Shown here piece after piece: positions 11,967-20,410 of a stretch of DNA of 64,000 nt (position 1 is the stretch's first letter; every line of letters begins with the position of its first letter). The position numbers and the translations under genes are program-made. The notes beneath the pieces were generated by a model. That model did no database searches, had not been told where the DNA came from, and saw only the letters and a list, made by a program, of their open reading frames with translations. The stretch comes from Kofleriaceae bacterium (GTDB taxonomy: Bacteria > Myxococcota_A > Polyangia > Haliangiales > Haliangiaceae). The DNA lies in assembly GCA_965215005.1 (NCBI GenBank), contig CBDCCZ010000006.1, forward strand, positions 128,001 to 192,000, read 5' to 3'.

Positions 11967-13157
11967 ATGCTCTCCGTTGCCCAAGCATTCGCGCGCATTC
12001 ACGAGCGAGTGCGCCTGCTGCCCACAGAGACCGCGCCCCTGCGCGCCGCTGCGCATCGCGTCCTGGCGACCGACGTCGTAGCAGCGCGCGCGCTGCCGCC
12101 TTACGACAACTCGGCGATGGACGGCTTTGCGGTGCGCGCTGCGGACGTGCCAGCGACGCTGCCAATCGCCGGAACCGTCGCCGCCGGCGACGCCCCCGAT
12201 GCGGTGCTGGGCGCGGGAACGGCGCTGCGCATCATGACGGGCGCGCCCATGCCGCGCGGCGCTGACTGCGTGATCATGCGCGAAGACGTCGAAGACCTGG
12301 GAGATTCGGCGCGGTTTCCCGCAGCCGCGGCGGGCCGCCACATCCGCCGCGCGGGCGAAGATATGGCAGTGGGTGCGCTCGCGGCGGCGCGCGGTACCCG
12401 CCTCGATGCCGGCACCATGGGGCTGCTCGCCGCCCTCGGCGCCGCCAACGTGTCGCTGTCGCGGGCGCCGCGCGTTGCCATCCTCTCGACGGGCGATGAG
12501 CTGGTGGAGGTCGACGTCGAGCCTCGTCCTGGGCAGATCGTTAGCTCGAATGAGCACGTATTGGCGGCGCAAGTAACCGAGGCCGGCGGAGTCGCACTCT
12601 GCAAAGGCATCGTGCGCGATGATCGTCGTGCGGTGGTCGCAGCGCTCGCCGAAGCGCTGCATGATACCGACGTCCTAGTGACCTCCGGTGGCGTGTCCGT
12701 TGGCGACTACGACTTCGTCAAAGAAGCCTTGAGCGACCTCGGGATCGAGCTCGATTTTTGGAAGGTGGCAATGAAGCCCGGCAAGCCGCTGGCCTTCGGC
12801 GTCTCCGGCGGCGGCACGCTGGTGTTCGGACTTCCGGGCAACCCGGTCTCGTCGATGGTGGTGTTCGAGCTGTTCGTGCGTCCGACGTTGCTGGCGATGC
12901 AGGGGGCGCGGCGTCTACAGCGGCCGCGCGTTCGGGCCGTGTTGCCGCAGGGCTACCGCAAGAGCCCCTCGCGCGCGCATTTCGTCTGCGCGACGCTGGA
13001 TTGGAGCGGACCAGAGCCAATGGCGCAGCTGCGCACCCAAGGCTCGGGCTCGTTATCATCGATGGCGGGAATCGACGCGCTGGTCGAGATTCCCGCCGAG
13101 GTAGAGCAATTGCCGCCGGGCGCCACCGCCTTGGCATTGCTCGTCCGCCACGCATGA
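11967..13157 (+). CDS. moeA: Molybdopterin molybdotransferase MoeA
   Basis: PPYDNSAMDGFAV, IMTGAPMP, STGDEL, TSGGVSVGDYD, MKPGKP, GLPGNPVS. Confidence 0.95.
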   Translation: MLSVAQAFARIHERVRLLPTETAPLRAAAHRVLATDVVAARALPPYDNSAMDGFAVRAADVPATLPIAGTVAAGDAPDAVLGAGTALRIMTGAPMPRGADCVIMREDVEDLGDSARFPAAAAGRHIRRAGEDMAVGALAAARGTRLDAGTMGLLAALGAANVSLSRAPRVAILSTGDELVEVDVEPRPGQIVSSNEHVLAAQVTEAGGVALCKGIVRDDRRAVVAALAEALHDTDVLVTSGGVSVGDYDFVKEALSDLGIELDFWKVAMKPGKPLAFGVSGGGTLVFGLPGNPVSSMVVFELFVRPTLLAMQGARRLQRPRVRAVLPQGYRKSPSRAHFVCATLDWSGPEPMAQLRTQGSGSLSSMAGIDALVEIPAEVEQLPPGATALALLVRHA

Positions 13158-14071
13158 GCGACCGCGGTAACGCGATCATCGAGTTGATCGTCGAGAGCGG
13201 CGAAGCAGGTCGCGTCGATCGGTTGCTCGCGGCTCGTTTTCCGGCCATCGGGCGTCGCGCGCTCGCCGCGGTGTTTGCCGCCGGTGAGGTGCGAGTCAAC
13301 GGCAGGCGCGCCAAGAAAGGCATGACTGTCGCCGCGGGCGATCGCATCGCGCTGCGCCCGCCAGAGCCGCCGGCAAAGACACCAATCACGCCCCAGCCCG
13401 GGCCGCTCGAGATTCTCTTCGAAGATGACGAGCTGGTCGTGGTGAACAAGCCGGCGGCAATGCCGAGCCATCCGCTGCGCGTCGGCGAGCTCGACACGCT
13501 GGCAAATCGGCTCGTAGCCCACTATCCCGCCATGGCCACCGTCGCCGAGGATTACCGGGAAGCGGGGCTGGTCCACCGACTCGACACCCCCACCTCTGGA
13601 TGCTTGGCAGCCGCCAAATCTCGCGCGGCATGGCTGGCGTGGCGCGCGCGGCTGAGCAACGGATCGCTCGAGAAACACTACCTAGCCGCCGTTTGCGGCC
13701 CGATAGCCGATCAAGGCGAGTGCCGCGCTGCGCTCGCCCATCGCGGCGATCGCATGGTGGTGGTGCCAGACACTGCTGCAGATGGTCTCACCGCAGTGAC
13801 GCGCTGGTCGGTCATCGACCGATGCGGCGAGCACGCGCTGGTGCGGGTGGTCATCGACCGCGGCCGCCGCCATCAAGTTCGCGCGCACCTGGCAGCGAGC
13901 GGCGCCGCCATCGTTGGCGATCCCATCTACGGCGGTCCGCAGAACGCTGATGGCCTGTTCTTGCACGCAAGCGAGCTGGCCAACAGCCACGGCACGCCTT
14001 GGCGCGTTCACGCGCCGCTTCCCGGGCAGCGCCTGATGACGCTGCGCGCGCTCGGCTTACGCCAGCCATAA
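13154..14071 (+). CDS. RluA/RluD family pseudouridine synthase with S4 domain
   Basis: ATGA overlap with the moeA stop; VVNKPAAM, GLVHRLDTPTSG (catalytic Asp), GRRHQVRAHL, IVGDPIYG, LFLHA. Confidence 0.92.
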   Translation: MSDRGNAIIELIVESGEAGRVDRLLAARFPAIGRRALAAVFAAGEVRVNGRRAKKGMTVAAGDRIALRPPEPPAKTPITPQPGPLEILFEDDELVVVNKPAAMPSHPLRVGELDTLANRLVAHYPAMATVAEDYREAGLVHRLDTPTSGCLAAAKSRAAWLAWRARLSNGSLEKHYLAAVCGPIADQGECRAALAHRGDRMVVVPDTAADGLTAVTRWSVIDRCGEHALVRVVIDRGRRHQVRAHLAASGAAIVGDPIYGGPQNADGLFLHASELANSHGTPWRVHAPLPGQRLMTLRALGLRQP

Positions 14072-14098
14072 CGGCGCGAAGAACCTAAAGCTTTTGCG

Positions 14099-16351
14099 TT
14101 AGCCTACGAGCTGCACGAGCTTGGTCTGGGCGAACAGGTAAAGAATCCGCAAAAAGCGCTGGCGCTGGCTTTCAGCAGTGAAGCGATCGCTGAGCTCGGC
14201 GAGGGTGCGGCTGCCATCGAGACCATTCCAGATGTCGCGGATATCGGGGCCGAGCTCGAACTCTTCGGGGCGAAGGCCGGCGGTCTTGTCCGAGCGCGGG
14301 CGCGCGTCGAGCCGGGCGCGCGTCCAGCCATCGATGACCGCCGCGGGCAACGCCATGGCGCCAGCGCCAAGCACCTCGAAGGCGTTGAGATCGAGCGGGA
14401 ATGCATCGCGCTGATTCTCGCGGCCTCCATACCAAGAAAAGCTGCCTTTGGTCCAAGTACACACATCGATGAGCTTGTGGCGCACCTGGCGAGTCAGCTG
14501 CCGAAACACGTCGAGCGGCTTCATGAGTCCCAGCCCCACCAAAGTATCGCCGAGCTTGCCGCTGTAGTGCGGCATCATCGCCAGTGCCATCGCCAACTCA
14601 CCCGCGGAGATCACCCCGCGGCTCACCAAGTACTCGCCAAACAGCTCGTGCGCCACGTTGGAGGTAACGAACTCGGGCACGCCGTCGCGAACGAAGATTT
14701 CTTTGCGAATCGCCCCCACCGACACGACCAACAGGCCGGTCGCGCGGGTTACCGCCAACCGATACAGCACTGCAATGGAAGGCGTGCTGGTGAAGTCGCC
14801 GCGGTCGTCGGGCTCCCCCGATACCGGCTCGAGCGGCGGGGGGGTTGGTTGATCTTCGAGCGAGATGTTGAGCGGCCTCTGCACCACTGGCCGCTTGCCG
14901 CTGCCGACGCGTTTGTCGTCGAAGTCGACAGTGGACGGATCGGGCACGTGTTGCGAGAGCGAGGTTACCGCCGCTTCGATCGAAGCGTAGCGAGCTGAGC
15001 CGCTGCTGGTGACTTGCTCTGGCACCGGCTCACCTTTGCGACTCATCGAGAACACACCGCTGCGCTGCCCGGCGCGAGTATCACTGAGATCGACGACGAT
15101 GCTGCCAGACTCGGTCGCGTTGCGCGGTCGCTCGGTTCCGGCGCGTGGTCGCGTCATCACCGGCGTCGGGGCGTCCTCATCGCTCTCTTCGGGATCGTCG
15201 GCGGTCTCGATAGAGATGAGAGGCATGCTGTCGCTCGCGCCCTCGCCCGCTGGAATGCCCTCGATCTGGCCTCGTACCCCAGGCCGCGGCGCGGCCACCA
15301 GCTCGCCGGCCGTCGCCTGCGCCACGCCCTGTGACTGTGCCGAACCCAGTGACTGCACCACTTGCTTGAGCTCTTCGGCGCGCGCGTCGCTCTCGCTCAG
15401 GCCCTGTTTGCGGCGCGTCCAGGCGTCTTCATAGAGCGTCTCGACGATGTCTGCGATGTGCCGCGGCGTTACTCGATGGCGATTGTGAAACAACCACTCG
15501 CCGAGCTCGTCGCGCATCTCGGCAGCGGACTGAAAGCGTTCATCGGCGTTCTTGCGCAGCGAGCGGCGAAGCAACTGGGCAAGCTCCGGGTTGAGATCGC
15601 CGCCGTACTTGTCGAGTCGATCGAGGCGCGCATCGCGAACCATGAGGAGCACATCGAGCTCATTGGCAGCGGCGAATAGCCGCCGGCCCGTGAGCAGCTC
15701 AGCCAGCACGATTCCCACAGCGAACAGGTCCGAGCGATTATCGACCTGCCCCTCGAGCACCTGCTCGGGCGCCATGTACCCATACTTGCCTTTGAGCGTA
15801 CCGGCTTGGGTTAGATGCTCGCGTTCTGCAGCGCGCGCAATGCCGAAGTCGACCAGCTTGACGTCGCCGCGACGCGACAACAACACGTTCGAAGGCGAGA
15901 TGTCGCGATGCACGATGTTCATCGGCCGGCCTTCGGTATCGAGCTGGTTGTGCGCGAAGTCCAGCGCGTCGAGAACCTCGTGAGCGATGTACACCGCGAT
16001 GTGCGGCGGCACTCGCGAGCGGCGATGAGCGCACTCGCGGAGCAGCGATAGCGCATCGAGCCCATCAACGAGCTCCATCGCGATGTAGAGCTGATCGTCG
16101 TAGCGACCGAGCTCGTAGGTTTGCGCGATCTTGGGGTGAACGAGACGCGCGGTGAGCTTGGCCTCGTCCACGAACATCGCGTTGAAGTGCGGATCTGCCG
16201 CCAGGTGCGGGAGTAGCCGCTTGATAACGATGGTCTTGGCGAAGCCGTGCGCGCCACTCACCTCGGCCAAGAACAGCTCAGCCATGCCGCCGATAGCCAG
16301 CCGCGAGAGCAACTGGTAGCGACCGAACGGTATGGGGTAGCGCCCGGACAA
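14099..16351 (-). CDS. Hanks-type Ser/Thr protein kinase with low-complexity linker and C-terminal DUF4388-like domain
   Basis: IGGMAE, VIKR, HRDISPSN, DFGIA and YMAPE are intact; C-terminal ATGLLVV...KEIFVRDG...FGEYLV...LGDTLV. Confidence 0.93.
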   Translation of the reverse strand: MSGRYPIPFGRYQLLSRLAIGGMAELFLAEVSGAHGFAKTIVIKRLLPHLAADPHFNAMFVDEAKLTARLVHPKIAQTYELGRYDDQLYIAMELVDGLDALSLLRECAHRRSRVPPHIAVYIAHEVLDALDFAHNQLDTEGRPMNIVHRDISPSNVLLSRRGDVKLVDFGIARAAEREHLTQAGTLKGKYGYMAPEQVLEGQVDNRSDLFAVGIVLAELLTGRRLFAAANELDVLLMVRDARLDRLDKYGGDLNPELAQLLRRSLRKNADERFQSAAEMRDELGEWLFHNRHRVTPRHIADIVETLYEDAWTRRKQGLSESDARAEELKQVVQSLGSAQSQGVAQATAGELVAAPRPGVRGQIEGIPAGEGASDSMPLISIETADDPEESDEDAPTPVMTRPRAGTERPRNATESGSIVVDLSDTRAGQRSGVFSMSRKGEPVPEQVTSSGSARYASIEAAVTSLSQHVPDPSTVDFDDKRVGSGKRPVVQRPLNISLEDQPTPPPLEPVSGEPDDRGDFTSTPSIAVLYRLAVTRATGLLVVSVGAIRKEIFVRDGVPEFVTSNVAHELFGEYLVSRGVISAGELAMALAMMPHYSGKLGDTLVGLGLMKPLDVFRQLTRQVRHKLIDVCTWTKGSFSWYGGRENQRDAFPLDLNAFEVLGAGAMALPAAVIDGWTRARLDARPRSDKTAGLRPEEFELGPDIRDIWNGLDGSRTLAELSDRFTAESQRQRFLRILYLFAQTKLVQLVG

Positions 16352-16368
16352 AGCTAACCAATTCTATC

Positions 16369-16400
16369 GCGAGGCGCCGCGGCTTGCGAGGCGCCGCGGC
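16369..16400. repeat. 15-bp direct repeat (17-bp period) adjacent to the kinase promoter
   Basis: GCGAGGCGCCGCGGC-TT-GCGAGGCGCCGCGGC. Confidence 0.8.
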
Positions 16401-16724
16401 ACGTGATGGCAGCGCCGACGTAGGCACAAACGCGACCGGCGTGGGAGCAGCCGCGACTTGCCCTGCGCTCTCCCACCTCTGGATCACTCGCTCCTGGGGC
16501 ACGCGTGCGTCGCTCATAAGCGATGGTTTCTTGCTGCGCGGGTTGCCCTGCCGACCGTTGGTGGGCTCCTATCGCCGCACCGAATTGCGCGCGAGGACCT
16601 TGCAGAAATGCCCACACCGATCGCCCGCGGTCACCAGCCGCAAAGCGAAGTAACGCGCTCACGCTGCACGCCCCAGCGCCAATGCCCTAGCTCGCGGACG
16701 ATACGACCGCAGGCGGACGCTTCG

Positions 16725-17666
16725 TTGCAGCGCAACACGAAGGCAACCCGCTTCCTCACCATCGTTTGCTTGCTCGCAACCGGCCACGGATGCAGCAACG
16801 GCACGCAGGCGACGTCGCGCCTCGCAGCCGCGGAGGACCCTGCCGTGATAGACACTCCAACACATGAAGCTGACGCAGCGCACGAGGCTGCGGCGCGTGA
16901 GCTACTTGCGGCGCTGAGCGGCGGCTCCTTTGCCGAAGCAACGGCGATGCTCAGCGACGAGCTCCTCGCGAAACTGCCCCCAGAAGCGCTCAAAAACGGC
17001 TGGCGCAGCCTGGCGACGCAAGTTGGCGAGCTGCAGGACGTGGTCGCCACCAAAGCAGAACCATCTGCCGCGGGAGAGGTGGTGACACTGACTCTCGCGA
17101 TGGAGCGTAGCCGCATCAACATGGTCGTCGCCTTCGATGCGCAGGGGCGAGTGAGCGGCCTCCATCTAGTGCCCGCTCCAGCTGCGACACCCGCGCCATC
17201 GAGCGGCCCGAGTTATGCCGACGCGTCTTCCTTCATCGAGTCTGCGATGCAGCTCGAGGGGCTGCCGGCCGATGCCGTCGAACAGGTGAAGCAACTCAGT
17301 GCCGAGCTCCAAGCGCTGGAGGACCCACAATTTTCAGTCAAGAGCGAACCGGTGATGGGCGTGCCTGCAAGCTATTGGGTGGACTTGCTCGAACACGACG
17401 TGGTCGAGCTAGCCGCCACGCAAGAGCTTCCGATGCTCATCTTGCAGGGCGAGCGCGACTATCAAGTCACCAAAGCAGACTTCGCTCGCTGGCAACGCGG
17501 GCTCGCAAGCCGCAAGGGTGTCACCTATCGGTCGTACCCAGACTTGAACCATCTGTTCATGGTTGGCAGCGGCCCACCCTCGCCCGCAGAGTATGATCGG
17601 CCCAATCACGTTGCGGTCGCGGTGATAGACGACATCGCGCAATGGATTCAAACCCACGCGCGTTGA
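16725..17666 (+). CDS. DUF3887-like lipoprotein fused to the C-terminal part of an alpha/beta hydrolase; the nucleophile region appears to be missing (possible pseudogene)
   Basis: Lipobox-like ATGHGC; DUF3887-like region (...VVAFDAQGRVSGL); LILQGERDYQV and YPDLNHLF are present, but there is no HGSG or GxSxG. Start uncertain. Confidence 0.7.
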   Translation: MQRNTKATRFLTIVCLLATGHGCSNGTQATSRLAAAEDPAVIDTPTHEADAAHEAAARELLAALSGGSFAEATAMLSDELLAKLPPEALKNGWRSLATQVGELQDVVATKAEPSAAGEVVTLTLAMERSRINMVVAFDAQGRVSGLHLVPAPAATPAPSSGPSYADASSFIESAMQLEGLPADAVEQVKQLSAELQALEDPQFSVKSEPVMGVPASYWVDLLEHDVVELAATQELPMLILQGERDYQVTKADFARWQRGLASRKGVTYRSYPDLNHLFMVGSGPPSPAEYDRPNHVAVAVIDDIAQWIQTHAR

Positions 17667-17705
17667 GGCGCACGGCACGAGCGCGCCGCCGATGGCCGAC
17701 GTGAG

Positions 17706-18551
17706 CTAGCGACGGCGATGGAGGTCGTAGCCGCAGCACTCGAGGCCGCGGGCGACGGCATCATCGAAGCGGTCGAAGTGAACGATGGCGCAGCCCCGAG
17801 CGGCATCGTTCCACTGCGGGTGCGACGGCTCAGTGGCCCCAACGATAAGCGCCTCGACGGCCGCGAGCTTGGGATGCTGAAACAAGCCCGAAGCCGCGGT
17901 TAACAGCCCCGGAACCACGGTATCGGGCACACCGGCAACGTCGACGATGACGGCGCGTGCGTCGACGCGCACGACCATCAGCAACAAACGGCCAAACAGA
18001 GTATCGAGAGTCCGGCCGTCGAGCTCGCCAAGCATGATCAACGCCGGCAACTCAGGGGCGATCCGCAGGATCTGGATGCCGTTTTCCAGTCGTTCGAGCT
18101 GGCGCTCGTCGGCTGCTTTGGCACCAGCGGCGCTGTAGGAGTCGAGCGCCAGCACCACGAGCCAATCAAACAACACGGACACAGCAGTGCGCGCGTCGGC
18201 GGCTTGCAGCTCCTGGAGCAGCACGTCGCGCAGACTCAAGAGCGCGGCGCCGACATCGAAGCCCGATCCCGTCGTCGCCGCCGAGGTCGCGCCGAGAAAA
18301 GCAACGCCACGCTCGAGCTCGCGCACTGCTACCGCCCCCGGCTCGAGCGCCGGGGGCTCACCGGCCGCAGGCAACGCGCAACGCAGATGGTCAATCAATC
18401 CCGCAACTTGCGCAGCGAGGGCGGAGGCCGCTGCAGGATCGGGCACGCGCATCGGCGAGGCGGCATACCGCTTGGCCCACCGCTCGACGAGCTCCTCCGC
18501 ACGAAGCGATAGCGCCGCCGACAGCGGTGCGAAAATTTCGTGAGTGCTCAC
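17706..18551 (-). CDS. RsbR-like protein (helical N-terminal domain + degenerate STAS domain)
   Basis: EELVERWAKRY N-terminus; C-terminal IQILRI..LPALIMLGELD...ARAVIVDVAGVPDT...ALIVG STAS pattern. Start uncertain. Confidence 0.6.
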   Translation of the reverse strand: MSTHEIFAPLSAALSLRAEELVERWAKRYAASPMRVPDPAAASALAAQVAGLIDHLRCALPAAGEPPALEPGAVAVRELERGVAFLGATSAATTGSGFDVGAALLSLRDVLLQELQAADARTAVSVLFDWLVVLALDSYSAAGAKAADERQLERLENGIQILRIAPELPALIMLGELDGRTLDTLFGRLLLMVVRVDARAVIVDVAGVPDTVVPGLLTAASGLFQHPKLAAVEALIVGATEPSHPQWNDAARGCAIVHFDRFDDAVARGLECCGYDLHRRR

Positions 18552-18655
18552 CAGCGCGAAGGGTAGCTCGAAAGCTCGGCAGCGGAAACTCGCCATTGCG
18601 CTGCGACAGGAGCGGTGGTGGCGCCGCTGCGTCCTTTGCACGTAGTATGAGGCAC

Positions 18656-19423
18656 ATGCGCGCTCGATCGGTTGGCGTCTCAGATAGAGGTCGCAAGCGC
18701 GTGATGAATGAGGATGCGTTCTTCGCCGATGATGCGCTGCGATTCTACGTGGTCGCCGATGGTGTCGGCGGGCACTCCAAGGGCGAGATCGCCAGCCGCG
18801 AGACCGTCGAGCAGCTACATATGTGGGTGGAGCGCGCCGCTATCGAGTTCGACACACTCGGCCGACAGTGCGAAGCGGGACACGCCGAGTCGCGTTGGGA
18901 GATCCGCAAGCTGCTTGAGAGTGGCCTGCAGGCGGCTTGCTACATGGTGTTTGGCATGGCCGAGCTCGATCCCGACAAGCGCGGCATGTCGACGACCTGC
19001 AGCGCGCTGCTGCTACGCGGTGGCTTGGCGTTCGCAGCGCACGTGGGCGACAGCCGCGTCTATCGGATGCGCAATCGCGAGATCTTGCAGATCACGGAAG
19101 ACCACACGCTCATCAACTACAAGCTCAGGCACGGGCTCATCAGCGCCGAAGAAGCCAAGACTTCCAAAGGCAAGAACGTCATTACCCGCGCCGTGGGTCA
19201 TAAAGACTACGTGCAGGTGGACACTGCCGACGTCGACGTTGCAGCGGGCGACAGGTTCCTTCTGTGCAGCGATGGCATGCACGGCTACGTCCGCGGCGAT
19301 GAGGAAATCGTTGAGCTCTTAGTGGGCGACTCCATCGACGCGTCGGCGCACGCAGCGGTGGCACTGGCCAATCAGCGCGGTGGGCGCGACAACATCACGG
19401 TCGTTGTCGTCGACGTCGGGTGA
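18656..19423 (+). CDS. PP2C-family (Stp1/PrpC-like) Ser/Thr phosphatase
   Basis: SDRGRKR.MNED, VADGVGG, AHVGDSR, TEDH, ITRAVG, LLCSDG, GGRDNIT. Confidence 0.95.
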   Translation: MRARSVGVSDRGRKRVMNEDAFFADDALRFYVVADGVGGHSKGEIASRETVEQLHMWVERAAIEFDTLGRQCEAGHAESRWEIRKLLESGLQAACYMVFGMAELDPDKRGMSTTCSALLLRGGLAFAAHVGDSRVYRMRNREILQITEDHTLINYKLRHGLISAEEAKTSKGKNVITRAVGHKDYVQVDTADVDVAAGDRFLLCSDGMHGYVRGDEEIVELLVGDSIDASAHAAVALANQRGGRDNITVVVVDVG

Positions 19424-19436
19424 TCGCCAGAGACCA

Positions 19437-20054
19437 TCAATACCAGCTCAGCGCCGCCACCAGAGAGAGCATCGCCGCACCGTCATCACCGTCGACCGCG
19501 TCGCCATCGTCTTCGTAGCGAGCCAGCGCCAGCGTCGACTCAAGGTCAAGCACCCAGCGGCCGCGGCGGAAGACGTCGTAGCCGACCGAGCCCACCATCG
19601 CAAGCCCGCCGAGCGGCTCCTTTGCGGGGATGTTTGGCTGCTCACGATCGACGAGTCGGGCGGTGCCCAGCAGCGCCTTCACCCAGATGACTTGCCGCAG
19701 ATACACCTGAACGCCAAGCGCCAACACGCTTTGGCTGGCGATGGAGGCGTCATTGACAGCGATGATGTCGGCATCGCTGGTGTTGCGCGAGAATGTCAGA
19801 TGATCGAGCTGAAGGACGAACAGCCAGTTATCGCCTGCCGTGGTGCCAACGCGAAGGGTTGCCGCGCCGCTCGCATGAACCCCTTCGAAGTCGCCGCCGG
19901 TGATCAAGGCGGGTCCCACGCCCGCGCCCACCATGAAACCGCTGCGCCGAAGGGGCGGCGACCGATGCAGGTAATCGCCCGGACGCTCGGCGGCGGCTGG
20001 CAACGCCCACGCAATCACCGCCACGATGACGATGCAACTAGCGCCGCGGCGCAC
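19437..20054 (-). CDS. Putative exported / outer-membrane beta-barrel-like protein
   Basis: Signal peptide (IVIVAVIAWALPAAA), amphipathic beta-strands, aromatic C-terminus (VAALSWY). GTG start inferred. Confidence 0.6.
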   Translation of the reverse strand: MRRGASCIVIVAVIAWALPAAAERPGDYLHRSPPLRRSGFMVGAGVGPALITGGDFEGVHASGAATLRVGTTAGDNWLFVLQLDHLTFSRNTSDADIIAVNDASIASQSVLALGVQVYLRQVIWVKALLGTARLVDREQPNIPAKEPLGGLAMVGSVGYDVFRRGRWVLDLESTLALARYEDDGDAVDGDDGAAMLSLVAALSWY

Positions 20055-20349
20055 GCCAACCCTGTTGTATGGGTGGGACCGACGCGAGAGATTGCCACTC
20101 CACCGCGCTCGCAGCGGCAGCATCGGGTGGCAGCGCCGGAGCATCGATGGCTTGCGCATCCAATGGCGCAGCGGCGTCCGGCGCAGCGCTATCGACCACA
20201 GCGGCGTCCACCGGAGGTGGTGCATCGACGAAGATCAACGCGTCGATGGGGGTGGCGTCGGGCAGCTTGGCGACGATGTCGCTACCGACATCGGTGCAGG
20301 CGGCCACCGCTAAGACGGCTAGCGCCGCACATGTGCGCCTCAAAAACAC
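20038..20349 (-). CDS. Small lipoprotein with DA/PDA low-complexity repeats
   Basis: LAVAAC lipobox followed by PDATPIDA...VDAAVVDSAAPDA. Confidence 0.65.
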   Translation of the reverse strand: MFLRRTCAALAVLAVAACTDVGSDIVAKLPDATPIDALIFVDAPPPVDAAVVDSAAPDAAAPLDAQAIDAPALPPDAAAASAVEWQSLASVPPIQQGWRAPRR

Positions 20350-20410
20350 GACCCTCAGAATAGCACTCGCTGTTGTCGAGCACGTAGCCGCTCTCCTACT
20401 CTAAGGAAGG

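Noticed and set aside
12758..13153. N-terminal extensions in the ORF track (also 26712, 27668, 43977, 53855, 59176, 41349, 44107)
   Set aside because: They overlap neighbouring genes or promoters; downstream starts with RBS, coupling or -10 support fit the families better.
16354..16662. 102-aa ORF upstream of the kinase
   Set aside because: No recognisable motif or start signal, and it runs over the kinase promoter and repeat.
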